From NCBI GenBank assembly GCA_018304505.1, contig JAGVWA010000002.1, positions 16,567 through 80,566 on the forward strand: 64,000 nucleotides of DNA, in the 5' to 3' direction. This DNA comes from Nanobdellati archaeon (GTDB taxonomy: Archaea; B1Sed10-29; JAGVWA01). The notes under the pieces are model-generated. The model ran no database searches, was not told the origin of the DNA, and worked only from the letters and a program-made list of their open reading frames with translations. Below are positions 17,965 to 26,692 of this stretch, piece by piece. The position numbers and the translations under genes were made by a program. Within the stretch, counting starts at the first letter, position 1; each line of letters starts with the position of its first letter.

Positions 17965-18771
17965 ATGGACTTAAGTTCGACTAACACAAAGATCATCATA
18001 GGGGTTTTAGTAGTGGCTGTTTTAGGAGGATACTATTTATTCTTTGATACAAGTACAACACCCGGGACTATTGAGGAGGCCACCATAGTTGGGCCACTGT
18101 CGGAGGATACAATCGGGCCCGGCTTTGCACCCACAACATCTTTTGTTAATTTAACATCTGGCCAAACCGGAACAGCGCCAGGTGGTGTCTCAGTAACCTT
18201 CAGGGCGGGTTCAAAAGTAGGGACGACACTCTACGCAACTTTCGATGTTGGAAGGGTATTGAGTGACGGAACAGCCTACAATTTCACAACTTATGCGATG
18301 TCGCTAAACCAATCGCATGTGAATGAAACCGCAGGGGTGACAGTATCTGTTGTCTCACTCGAAGAGATAAGCCAAGGTGTGTTTAATGTAATGGCAAGAA
18401 TAAGTGTAAGCGAACTTAATGTAAGTGTAAGTGAAGTAAAATTGAAGTACTACAATACATTATCAGGAAACATTAACGATGGTTCTACAGCAACATACAC
18501 GATAATGAGGAGCAGAACAGGTGTTGGCATCAAGCTGTTTACCAATTCCACTGTCAGTAAAATGACAATCAAGGGAAATGGCTACTTCAACGTGCACTCT
18601 AAGTTCACTGATGGGACATGGAGCAAAGCCTACGGCGCGCGCACAGACCCGAAAACATACGAAATCACGTTTACACCACCGTCAAAACCAGGGCAACTCA
18701 TCAGCAACTTTGAGCTATGGTGCAGCTGGAGCAGCGCTTGCAGGATAAATGAATTGGAGATCTACAAGTAA
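17965..18771 (+). CDS. secreted protein, paralog family member (subtype C)
   Basis: N-terminal signal anchor. Module MTIKGNGYFNVHSKFTDGTWS...ELWCSWSSACRINELEIYK*. Confidence 0.65.
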   Translation: MDLSSTNTKIIIGVLVVAVLGGYYLFFDTSTTPGTIEEATIVGPLSEDTIGPGFAPTTSFVNLTSGQTGTAPGGVSVTFRAGSKVGTTLYATFDVGRVLSDGTAYNFTTYAMSLNQSHVNETAGVTVSVVSLEEISQGVFNVMARISVSELNVSVSEVKLKYYNTLSGNINDGSTATYTIMRSRTGVGIKLFTNSTVSKMTIKGNGYFNVHSKFTDGTWSKAYGARTDPKTYEITFTPPSKPGQLISNFELWCSWSSACRINELEIYK

Positions 18772-18809
18772 GCACTAATAACCTATTTCGCAATTTGGGG
18801 AGATCATAA

Positions 18810-19328
18810 ATGCATAAACTGAATATAAAATCGAACACCAAAATCATTATCGGGGCGATAATCGCTCTAGCACTAGTTGCTGGGGTCTTTGTTTATGTTG
18901 ATTCAGGCTCAACGTCAACTGGTTTGACACCCGCGGAACTCGCGGACATAGAGGGGAAGTCTGCGCAGGAAGAATTGCGACCTGGCTATTATCTTAATCC
19001 GGGGCAGGTGCCGTACTATGGAGCACCAACAGCGATCTCAGATCGGAACACGGGCACGATAACCATACTCCGAAGGCGAGAGGGGGTCAAGGCATTAATT
19101 CTTGGCGGGTATGGGGCTCCATCAGTTGCAAAAATAAATGGATATGGTAGATTCAATGTTCATTCACTTTTCAGTGACGGGACTGCCAGCACTGCAGTAG
19201 TAGCAAGCGGGAGCGGTGATGTCACCCTGAAGAAAAAGTCAGGAACAACCATCAAAGGCGTTGAGTTATGGTGCCCTTCGTATTTTGGCAGCCCGTGTGG
19301 GATACGTGAACTTGAACTATACCAGTAG
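18810..19328 (+). CDS. secreted protein, paralog family member (subtype C)
   Basis: N-terminal signal anchor. Module AKINGYGRFNVHSLFSDGTAS...ELWCPSYFGSPCGIRELELYQ*. Confidence 0.65.
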   Translation: MHKLNIKSNTKIIIGAIIALALVAGVFVYVDSGSTSTGLTPAELADIEGKSAQEELRPGYYLNPGQVPYYGAPTAISDRNTGTITILRRREGVKALILGGYGAPSVAKINGYGRFNVHSLFSDGTASTAVVASGSGDVTLKKKSGTTIKGVELWCPSYFGSPCGIRELELYQ

Positions 19329-19384
19329 CTTGCAATGAGTTGCATAATCATCCTTCTAGTTGCATAGCTATTCACCCTGTGCTT

Positions 19385-19861
19385 TTACACCAAGCAAGGC
19401 CTGTACTGCTGCCGTTCTTGTAAGTAGTTCTGCAAGTGCGCAACACTAACTTCTGTAGTCTTGTCATCAAAATCAGTAATCACTATCCTGTCGCCATTCT
19501 CGAAAAACGGCAGCACCAGGGCGGTCTGCCACTCGTCAACGTTTTCAATGTCCCCGCCGGTTTCGAAACTTTCCCCGATTTGTATTGTCGGTACAGAAAA
19601 TCGCTGCTCATAAAGCACATCTCCTGCAGTTGACAAAACCTGTGCATTGTAACCCTGCAAAGCCCGCGGCGTCACGGACGCCTCTGCAACTGCCACGCCA
19701 GGAATCACTAAGCCAGACCCTGTTTTTTCCAAGCCCACGATGTATGATGCAGCGGGCGGGCTGGTTTGTGAAAAACCAAGCGACATCGACGCAACAATAA
19801 GCGACGCGGCCGCGAGAGCCAATATTACCAGCGATGCGTTATTTAGCCATTGTTTTCTCAA
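19385..19861 (-). CDS. secreted hypothetical protein, co-transcribed downstream of the metalloprotease
   Basis: Sec signal [29 protein letters not shown]. Its start overlaps the protease stop (ATGA-type overlap at 19858-19861). Confidence 0.55.
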   Translation of the reverse strand: MRKQWLNNASLVILALAAASLIVASMSLGFSQTSPPAASYIVGLEKTGSGLVIPGVAVAEASVTPRALQGYNAQVLSTAGDVLYEQRFSVPTIQIGESFETGGDIENVDEWQTALVLPFFENGDRIVITDFDDKTTEVSVAHLQNYLQERQQYRPCLV

Positions 19862-21678
19862 GCATATCCCTCCAAGAGTTTTTCGAGTGCAGCAAAGCTC
19901 GGCGCGTCGAACTTCACCGTAACAAGTTCCGTTGTTTCATTCAGGGTCTGCCTTTGCGGCAGTTCCGCGCCCTCCATTAGCGATTCCCCAATCTCAGGGT
20001 TGTACTCTGCTGGTCGGTACCAGTCGCTGTACATGCAACCTTCGCGGCCATACTTGTCAGTGCTGTAGCAGCCAGTGCCAGGAATGTCATTCCATTTATC
20101 GCAACCCATTGGCGCACAATTCGGGGCATCTTTTAGCCTGCCGTCGCTGGGAAACCCGTATGAGTACTGGTCTGCAAGGTTTATCTGTTCAGGTCCAAAG
20201 GAGTGGCCGAACTCATGTAATGAAATTTCAGGGTACATTGCTGATGCATAAGCATGCGGATTCGCGGTGCCGGCTTGGTTGGGGGTGTTCATTAACACAA
20301 TGATCTCCTCATAGGGGCATATGCTAGCGATCCTGGAAATGGCCTCGTCGTTGCATTTTATTGTGCCACTGCTTTCTATGCAGTCAAGGCCAGCGCCCGA
20401 CAAAACCGTGTGGATGTTGATCTTGCCCGCGTTTTTCTTAAACGGCTCAACACTAACTAAATGGTCTGCGTGTATTTTCGCGTGCTGTTCAAATAGCGCG
20501 GCATTGGCGTATTTGTCGCCAAGGAAAACAATGTCTAGTGGATTGCTTCCTGTGCCCTGGTGCAGCGTTACGCATTCCAGTTCGTTTATTGTAAATGACA
20601 CGGAATCGCTTTGTTTGGTGTTTCCTTCTCGGTCTCTGGCTTCTATAATCATGTGTTTATCCCCAACAGTTGCCTGCACAGAGTCAAAGGTTCCAAGGTA
20701 CAGGCACTTGCCTGCTTTTTCTGATCCATCGATGGCTTTGCTGCGTTCCATTCTCACGTCAAACGTGCCGATTTTGGCGGTAACTGCAGGTACTGAGACG
20801 CATTCAGATTCCCCGGAGCTAGCTAAGTGTAAGACCTCTGTTTGGAGGGTGAAGACCGTTCCTTTTGTACTAGAAGTAGGGTAGATCGAGGTGTCTTTGA
20901 ACTGCGCGTTCGCCGCTATAAATGGGCTGGCCTGAAAACTTGTGAGCGCGAAATAAGCCACCACAGCAGCGGCAATTACCGCGGTGGCAATAAGGATTAT
21001 CTTGATCGTCCTCTTTGCAGCGTCGCTCAGCAGCGGTTTCTTGACTTCCACTTCTGGGGCCTTTAGGGCCTCTGGAACAGGTGCAGGCATCTCGATTTCC
21101 GGCGCTGCTACTGGCACTGGCGCCGGTGCAGGTGTGGGTGTCGGTTGCGGTTCTGTTGGTGTGGGTGTCGGCTCGGGGGTTGGTTCTGGTGTTGGCTCGG
21201 TGGTTGGTTCTGGTGTTGGCTCGGGGGTTGGTTCTGGTGTTGGCTCGGGGGTTGGTTCTGGTGTGGGTTCTGGTTGTGGTGTTGGTTCTGTGGGTGTTGG
21301 TTCTGGGGTCGGGGGTTCCGGCGTCGGGGCTGTTAGTTCTGTTGGTGTCGGTTCTGTTGGGGTTGGTTCTGCTGGTTCCGGTTCTGTTGGGGTTGGTTCT
21401 GCTGGTGTGAGTTTTTCAGGGGGCTGTGGTTCTGGTTCTGTTGGTGTGGGTTCTGGCGTGGAGGGTGTCGGTTCTGGAGTCGGCGCTGACTCCGGTTCTG
21501 TTGGTGTTGGTGTGGGTTCTGTCGGTGTCGGCTCAATTAGCGTGGCTTCTGGCGTTGTAATCTCGCGCTGTTGCCCTTCCCGCGTTTTGGGTTTTTCTTT
21601 CTCGGCTTCATGTTCTGGCTTCTTTTTTTCGCCACCCATGCGTAATGATAACCGTGTTTCATATATTAAAGTATACAA
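19858..21678 (-). CDS. membrane-anchored zinc metalloprotease (HEFGH zincin; M64/IgA-peptidase-like motif) with a ~200-aa N-terminal Pro/Thr/Glu repeat
   Basis: HExxH as LHEFGHSFG followed by LADQY, reminiscent of HEFGHxFxxLxDEY zincins. Single [23 protein letters not shown]. Cys-containing C-terminal domain. The N-terminal (TPEP)n low-complexity region precedes the TM. An alternative internal start at [10 protein letters not shown] just before the TM is possible. Confidence 0.6.
   Translation of the reverse strand: MYTLIYETRLSLRMGGEKKKPEHEAEKEKPKTREGQQREITTPEATLIEPTPTEPTPTPTEPESAPTPEPTPSTPEPTPTEPEPQPPEKLTPAEPTPTEPEPAEPTPTEPTPTELTAPTPEPPTPEPTPTEPTPQPEPTPEPTPEPTPEPTPEPTPEPTTEPTPEPTPEPTPTPTEPQPTPTPAPAPVPVAAPEIEMPAPVPEALKAPEVEVKKPLLSDAAKRTIKIILIATAVIAAAVVAYFALTSFQASPFIAANAQFKDTSIYPTSSTKGTVFTLQTEVLHLASSGESECVSVPAVTAKIGTFDVRMERSKAIDGSEKAGKCLYLGTFDSVQATVGDKHMIIEARDREGNTKQSDSVSFTINELECVTLHQGTGSNPLDIVFLGDKYANAALFEQHAKIHADHLVSVEPFKKNAGKINIHTVLSGAGLDCIESSGTIKCNDEAISRIASICPYEEIIVLMNTPNQAGTANPHAYASAMYPEISLHEFGHSFGPEQINLADQYSYGFPSDGRLKDAPNCAPMGCDKWNDIPGTGCYSTDKYGREGCMYSDWYRPAEYNPEIGESLMEGAELPQRQTLNETTELVTVKFDAPSFAALEKLLEGYA
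21100..21545. repeat. low-complexity tandem DNA repeat (18-bp period ggttctggtgttggctcg-like) encoding the (E/T)P(T/E)P repeat
   Basis: Visible periodic DNA. The plus-strand Gly/Ser/Val ORFs 20984-21712, 21081-21410 and 21145-21336 are antisense readings of the same repeat. Confidence 0.8.
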
Positions 21679-21743
21679 ATCTGCATGGTACCCGCGCGTT
21701 TATATATGTTGAGCTGCTAATATGTTTTAGTTGGTTGAGTGTA

Positions 21744-22400
21744 ATGGCAAGTGCGGTACTTACTCAGGTTTTGGGGCACAAGAAGCCCGTAATAATCGTG
21801 GCATTTGCTTTGGTTCTGGCAGTGGTTTTTGTTAGCGGTTTTGCCGATGAGGCGATTCAGGATGTATCTCGCTCGATTTCAGATGCCTTCGAGCCAGAGG
21901 CTGCACTGACAGCCGGTCATGCACTTGGCACTATTGATTATGAGGTATATATTTATCGTAGTTATGAGCAGTATTATTATTATAAAAACAAGGTTGAGGA
22001 GAAGGAACGGGATTACAATGCTCAATATAATATTATTGATCACAACCTGAAAACTAAGATAAAACTCGAAAACCAGCGGCGAGAAATCCTTAGCCTCAAT
22101 TTCAATAGAAGGAACACACTTAGCAAGGTCAGGATAAAAGGCAGCGGCTGGTTTGTTGTTACGGCCCATTATTATCAATCCAATAGTGGGGCTGTAAAAG
22201 ATCCGTCTTCAATTGATCGGCGTTTATTTACTCTTAGCGGCGAAACGACTCCTGTAAAGGCAAGCAAGAAAGGGGTAGATATTGACCCTGTACAAAACAC
22301 AATTACGCCTGTGGGGGTGATATACTTTCAATCAGTCGAGGTTTATTGTACTAGTAAGTACTTTGACTGTACGATCTACGGCATAGAGATATACCCATGA
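21744..22400 (+). CDS. secreted/membrane-anchored protein, paralog family member (subtype B)
   Basis: First ATG after the protease gene. The track start 21645 overlaps the protease CDS. Signal anchor ..VVFVSGFADE. Module VRIKGSGWFVVTAHYYQSN...VEVYCTSKYFDCTIYGIEIYP*. Confidence 0.7.
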   Translation: MASAVLTQVLGHKKPVIIVAFALVLAVVFVSGFADEAIQDVSRSISDAFEPEAALTAGHALGTIDYEVYIYRSYEQYYYYKNKVEEKERDYNAQYNIIDHNLKTKIKLENQRREILSLNFNRRNTLSKVRIKGSGWFVVTAHYYQSNSGAVKDPSSIDRRLFTLSGETTPVKASKKGVDIDPVQNTITPVGVIYFQSVEVYCTSKYFDCTIYGIEIYP

Positions 22401-22468
22401 AATGCCCACTCGTTAGGCACAGGCAAAGGTTTATATACCCAATTTGCAATAAATATTGAAGGTGATTT

Positions 22469-22975
22469 ATGATGAAAGTCAATGGAAAATCTTCAAAAGT
22501 CGGAAGGCTAATGCTGACTGCATTGGTGGTTTTAGGGCTACTGATGCCAATCGGAGTGCCGCAGCAAACCCCACAAGGAACGCATGACGGCAGCCAATAC
22601 CCTGAGCTAAGCTTTGCGTCGAAGATCAACTTTCAGGTCATCGCGGGCGACGAATACATGACCAAAAAGATCACTGATGGAAGCAAATGGACATACGCCA
22701 AGATCCAGAAAAAGCGACGCCAGAAGGTGGAGGTTCACTTTGATGAGCCGCAGGCCAATGTTACGTCAGTAAAAATCAAGGGCAGCGGCAAGTATGTCGT
22801 ACTAACGCGCTATGAAGACAGCAGCTCAAGCGGCGAAACAAAGACTATAAAAGCCAAGGGTAAGGGCGTTGTTGTTGTTCCAAAATCGGAAAGCGGCAAG
22901 AAAATCGACGGCATCTTCATAAAATGCACCAACAAGGTCTTCAGTTGTAAGCTAAAGGAACTCGAGATCAACTGA
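22469..22975 (+). CDS. secreted protein, paralog family member (subtype A)
   Basis: Sec signal. WTYAKIQKKRRQKVEVHFDEP..VKIKGSGKYVVLTRYEDSSSSGETKTIKAKG..IFIKCTNKVFSCKLKELEIN*. Confidence 0.7.
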   Translation: MMKVNGKSSKVGRLMLTALVVLGLLMPIGVPQQTPQGTHDGSQYPELSFASKINFQVIAGDEYMTKKITDGSKWTYAKIQKKRRQKVEVHFDEPQANVTSVKIKGSGKYVVLTRYEDSSSSGETKTIKAKGKGVVVVPKSESGKKIDGIFIKCTNKVFSCKLKELEIN

Positions 22976-23106
22976 TTACGCAACCTGGGGCTCCATTTCC
23001 TTTTTCAGCCCCATTTCCTTTTTATTTCACAATGCACTGATATTAGTAATGGAAATATTAGTAACAACTGTGAAGCGTTATCCAGAAACGCGCGGAAGGA
23101 AATTCA

Positions 23107-23490
23107 ATGACTAGTACAGAAAAACTCAAGGGCAAGGCGATGCAGTGGTACGAGCAGTCCAATAAGCACTCAACAGGCAGATCAGAGGTTGTGGAAAAGG
23201 AAGCGTACGACTCTGACGACGACACTGCACAAGAACTCAGAATCATCACGGACGTGAAAAAACTCATCGTGTCTGCAAACCTCGACCGCGCCTCAATATT
23301 CTTAGATACGCTCGCGTCATTCGAATACCAGCTCCGCAAGGGCAGGATTCCGGAAAACATGCCGCAGATGTTGAGAAACCTCGCAAAGAAGCCCGAGATT
23401 GCAGCAGGGTTAAAAACTATACTAAACAAATACACATTGAATGGGGTATCCTATTATTACCAATGGGGAATTAATCAACAGCAGGAATGA
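23107..23490 (+). CDS. hypothetical protein (127 aa)
   Basis: ORF upstream of MetAP. No recognisable motif. Confidence 0.45.
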   Translation: MTSTEKLKGKAMQWYEQSNKHSTGRSEVVEKEAYDSDDDTAQELRIITDVKKLIVSANLDRASIFLDTLASFEYQLRKGRIPENMPQMLRNLAKKPEIAAGLKTILNKYTLNGVSYYYQWGINQQQE

Positions 23491-23502
23491 AAAAAGACCG
23501 CG

Positions 23503-24414
23503 ATGAAAAGAGAGAGGACACAGATGTTTAACGAAGATGACATTCCGGACTTCATAAAAGCAGGCAAGATCGCTGAAACAGCCAGGGATCGCTCCAAGAA
23601 AATCGTTAAGCCAGGAGCCAAAATCATAGACATCGCGGAATCAATTGAGGGCTGGATCAAGGAAGAAGGCGGATCATTTGGCTTCCCTGCCAACATTTCG
23701 ATAAACAACATTGCCGCTCATTACACCCCTCCGTTTGATGATACATCTGAAATACCCGAAGACGCGGTGGTGAAAATCGACCTCGGAGCCTCGGTTAACG
23801 GCTGCGTTGGAGACACGGCGTACACGCTCGACTTCTCTGGCGAGCACGGAAAACTTCTAGAGGCATCTGAGCAGGCGCTCGAAAACATAATAAATCACAT
23901 CAAGTCGGGCATCAACGTTGGAGAGCTCGGGGAAATTGCAGAAGAAACCATAGCCGGAAAGGGCGTCAGGGTCATCAGGAATCTGTCAGGCCACAGGATA
24001 GAGCGGAACCTTCTCCATGGGGCCTCGGTGCCAATGATAAAGGGCTACAAGGGCTGGGAGCTCGAAGAGGGCATGGCGATTGCCATCGAGCCGTTCGCGT
24101 CTACTGGAAATGGGAACGTCAAGGAAGGCGCGAGGACAGAAATCTTCATGTTTCAGCGCGATATCCTAACCCGGAATTTGGACGCGCGCAATCTATTGGA
24201 GAACATAAAGCGAGAATTCAAGACCCTGCCGTTTGCCGAGCGATGGATTATTCGGGACCAGCAGACATTTAAATGGAGACTGGCAATGCGGGAACTCATA
24301 ACCCGCGGAGCACTGCACCCATACCCCGTGTTGCTGGAATCTGCAGGAAGCAGGGTTGCGCAGTTCGAAAAAACGCTGCTAGTAGAAAAGGATTCATGCA
24401 GAATACTGACATGA
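23503..24414 (+). CDS. map: methionine aminopeptidase, type 2 (archaeal MetAP)
   Basis: GFPANISINNIAAHYTP, KIDLGASVNGCVGDTA, HRIERNLLHG and AIEPFASTGNG align with the MetAP2 metal-ligand motifs. 303 aa. Confidence 0.85.
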   Translation: MKRERTQMFNEDDIPDFIKAGKIAETARDRSKKIVKPGAKIIDIAESIEGWIKEEGGSFGFPANISINNIAAHYTPPFDDTSEIPEDAVVKIDLGASVNGCVGDTAYTLDFSGEHGKLLEASEQALENIINHIKSGINVGELGEIAEETIAGKGVRVIRNLSGHRIERNLLHGASVPMIKGYKGWELEEGMAIAIEPFASTGNGNVKEGARTEIFMFQRDILTRNLDARNLLENIKREFKTLPFAERWIIRDQQTFKWRLAMRELITRGALHPYPVLLESAGSRVAQFEKTLLVEKDSCRILT

Positions 24415-24458
24415 CAAGGCCGTAACATGATACGGCGATAACATTACAAGGCGATAAC

Positions 24459-25670
24459 ATGACGCAAGTTGATTACAGGAACCTCGCAATTCACGCGACT
24501 GCATTTGGTTTATTTAGCGTGGCATGGATGTACCTATTTTCGCAACTAGGCATTGGGTTAAGCACTGCCACAGATCTTGGTTATGCCAGGTCACTGCTGA
24601 CGCAGCAAAGAATAATAAATGTTGTTTTAATGGCCCTGTTTTTCGGGGCAGCATCGGTCACGCTGGTAAGAAGGGCACACGTCAACACAATGTACGAGAA
24701 GTCATTGACCCCGCTAATCGGAGGGGCCATTGCTTATTACCCGGGCATGCTGTTCTTCGGCGCGACGTTACAGTACAACATGATTTATGCGTCGTACCTG
24801 ATTGGCGCAGCGCTGACGTCTGCCATGATTAAGCCGGACATCAAGGGCTTTGGCTCAAAATTAAAAGCAGGGTACCTTGCGCCAAAGAAACTGATTCTTG
24901 TGTTGGCCCTGGGCACCGCACTGACGACATTCGTTGTTGTAAACCAGGACATTGATTTTTACGAAAACCAGATCAAGCAGAACCTGCTTTCAAGCCTCGA
25001 GAGCTTTGACATCGGAAGCTTGGCATCGCAGATCGGTTCCAACGACGCACTGTTGCGGGCAACGGTTGAGCAGCAGCTGCAGCAGTACAGCGACATGGAA
25101 TTCGTGGAATCTCAGCTTCCCGCAATTGAATCGAATGAGTCAATGCAAACCCGCGTACTTGCGCAATTCCAGGCGCAGGCAGGATGGAATACGTTGTCAC
25201 CACAGCAGCAGCAGGAATATGTTTTGCAAGGCCTTGAGGATGTTTACAACAAGACAATAGCTGCGAGGGAAAACGCTATACAAGAAGCCATGGGCCTGTC
25301 TCGGCTAGAAGGCAGTGCGAAGGAAGAAAAAATTGAGGAGCTTATTGAACTCGCAAAGAAGGCAGGGCCCCAGCTCGGTCAGTTGCAAGGGAGTTTGGGC
25401 GAGGGGCAGTTGCAGGGGGTGCTTGAAAACGTTTTTGAAACCATGCCCCTGTTCAAGATGATCATACAGTATCTCCCGATTATTAACGCGTTTGCAAACT
25501 TCTCCGCAGTCATCTTTGTAGGCAACATCATGATTTCGCCCCTGAGTAGTGCCTTTGGCTTCCTGATCATACCAAAACAAGGATTTCAAAAAACGCAGCA
25601 GCAGACGCAGGAAGAAGAAATGAGGCAGGCTGCGGAGCACGCTACGAAGATGAAGAAGCTGCAGGGATAA
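24459..25670 (+). CDS. polytopic membrane protein with a Gln-rich linker (hypothetical)
   Basis: 5-6 N-terminal TM helices, Q-rich coiled segment, one C-terminal TM. Confidence 0.5.
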   Translation: MTQVDYRNLAIHATAFGLFSVAWMYLFSQLGIGLSTATDLGYARSLLTQQRIINVVLMALFFGAASVTLVRRAHVNTMYEKSLTPLIGGAIAYYPGMLFFGATLQYNMIYASYLIGAALTSAMIKPDIKGFGSKLKAGYLAPKKLILVLALGTALTTFVVVNQDIDFYENQIKQNLLSSLESFDIGSLASQIGSNDALLRATVEQQLQQYSDMEFVESQLPAIESNESMQTRVLAQFQAQAGWNTLSPQQQQEYVLQGLEDVYNKTIAARENAIQEAMGLSRLEGSAKEEKIEELIELAKKAGPQLGQLQGSLGEGQLQGVLENVFETMPLFKMIIQYLPIINAFANFSAVIFVGNIMISPLSSAFGFLIIPKQGFQKTQQQTQEEEMRQAAEHATKMKKLQG

Positions 25671-25724
25671 AGAATAAAAAAGAAGCAAAGACTTTTATTC
25701 ACCAATCAGCACAGATGAATAACT

Positions 25725-25799
25725 GGGTCCATAGCGCAGCTTGGATAGCGCGGTTGGCTTCGGACCAACAGGTCGGGGGTTCGAATCCCTCTGGGCCCG
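25725..25799 (+). tRNA. tRNA-Arg (anticodon TCG)
   Basis: Cloverleaf folded by hand: acceptor GGGTCCA/TGGGCCC, D-stem GCGC/GCGC, anticodon stem GTTGG/CCAAC with loop CTTCGGA (anticodon TCG, G37), T-stem GGGGG/CCCTC with loop TTCGAAT, discriminator G. CCA is not encoded. Confidence 0.9.
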
Positions 25800-25800
25800 T

Positions 25801-26030
25801 AGCAACAGTTTCGGCTGTTGCATCGCAAGGGCTGCGATTGCAACGAAACGAAGTTTCGTTGAAGATTTGAAAAACAGGGTTTTTCAAATTTGACAAACGC
25901 GTAGCGTTCTGTCAAATCTCAAGGAACGCAATTCCTTGCAGACCCCTTGCATCCCCGCAGTGCCACATTCGGCTGCGCCGAAGTGCCACGGTTCCTTGTA
26001 GGCTCCTTCTATCCTCGCAGTGCAAATGCA
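25801..26030. other. array of at least six consecutive stable hairpins immediately 3' of the tRNA (structured noncoding region)
   Basis: gcaacag-tttcgg-ctgttgc; atcgca-agggc-tgcgat; caacgaaac-gaa-gtttcgttg; ttgaaaaac-agg-gtttttcaa; ttgacaaacgc-gta-gcgttctgtcaa; caagga-acgcaat-tccttg; ttcggc-tgc-gccgaa. The stems are all different, so this is not a CRISPR array. Confidence 0.6.
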
Positions 26031-26062
26031 GCTTTATATACTAGTTTTTCTTTTCATTAGGC

Positions 26063-26692
26063 ATGGAACACATTCTGATAGACGTTCTTGTAAAACCGCA
26101 GCAAGCGCTGAAACACGTTAAGAAGGACGCTAATTTTGGCAACGGCTTGAAAGTCCTTGTCATATGGAGCGTTTTGTCATCAGTGATATTGTCAGCTGCA
26201 GCCTTTTTCCAGGCCCAGACCCGGTTCGCGTCTGCAGGCATTGACGCAACTGCGCTGCTGATAGACTCATTTGTCTCGTCAGAAATCAATTTCCTGCTAG
26301 TGTTTTTAATCATGGCCATCCTGGTGCACGTTTTTCTTAACGCTGTAAACGTCAAGCAGAAGATTGGCGTCTTTATCGGCACCTTGGCCTACCCGTTTTC
26401 AGCAATCATTGTGCTTTCGTCATTGTTCTCAGTCCTGATTTTCCTAGTGTCAGGTATAACGACGCAGAATGACCCGATAGGGTTCTATATATATCTTGTT
26501 TTGTCAGCGACAATGATGGGGCTTGCAATATATGGTTTCCTGCTGTACACCTTGACGATTTCGGAGGTCTACAGGACAAGCATGGCCACCGCGGCCGCGG
26601 TTATTATTTTAATGGCGCTAGTGGTCTTGAGCGTCGTCGCTTCGCCGGAATTGGCGCAGTCGTTCCTGCAGTTCTCAGGAACATTTATCTAA
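26063..26692 (+). CDS. polytopic membrane protein, Yip1-like topology (hypothetical)
   Basis: 209 aa. Hydrophilic N-terminus then 5 TM helices. Confidence 0.4.
   Translation: MEHILIDVLVKPQQALKHVKKDANFGNGLKVLVIWSVLSSVILSAAAFFQAQTRFASAGIDATALLIDSFVSSEINFLLVFLIMAILVHVFLNAVNVKQKIGVFIGTLAYPFSAIIVLSSLFSVLIFLVSGITTQNDPIGFYIYLVLSATMMGLAIYGFLLYTLTISEVYRTSMATAAAVIILMALVVLSVVASPELAQSFLQFSGTFI

Noticed and set aside
20984-21712. Plus-strand Gly/Ser/Val-rich ORFs (20984-21712, 21081-21410, 21145-21336) and the minus ORF 21333-21536.
   Set aside because: They are alternative-frame or antisense readings of the 18-bp-period repeat that encodes the protease's (T/E)P tract, with low-complexity products. The minus-strand 606-aa protease ORF with its HExxH motif is the coherent gene.
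25801-26030. Could the hairpin array be a CRISPR array or C/D box sRNAs?
   Set aside because: The stems are all different in sequence and irregularly spaced. There are no repeated units and no RUGAUGA/CUGA boxes. No cas genes are in the window.
26041-26382. 113-aa minus-strand ORF.
   Set aside because: It lies entirely within and antisense to the 209-aa membrane-protein gene 26063-26692, whose hydrophobicity profile is coherent.
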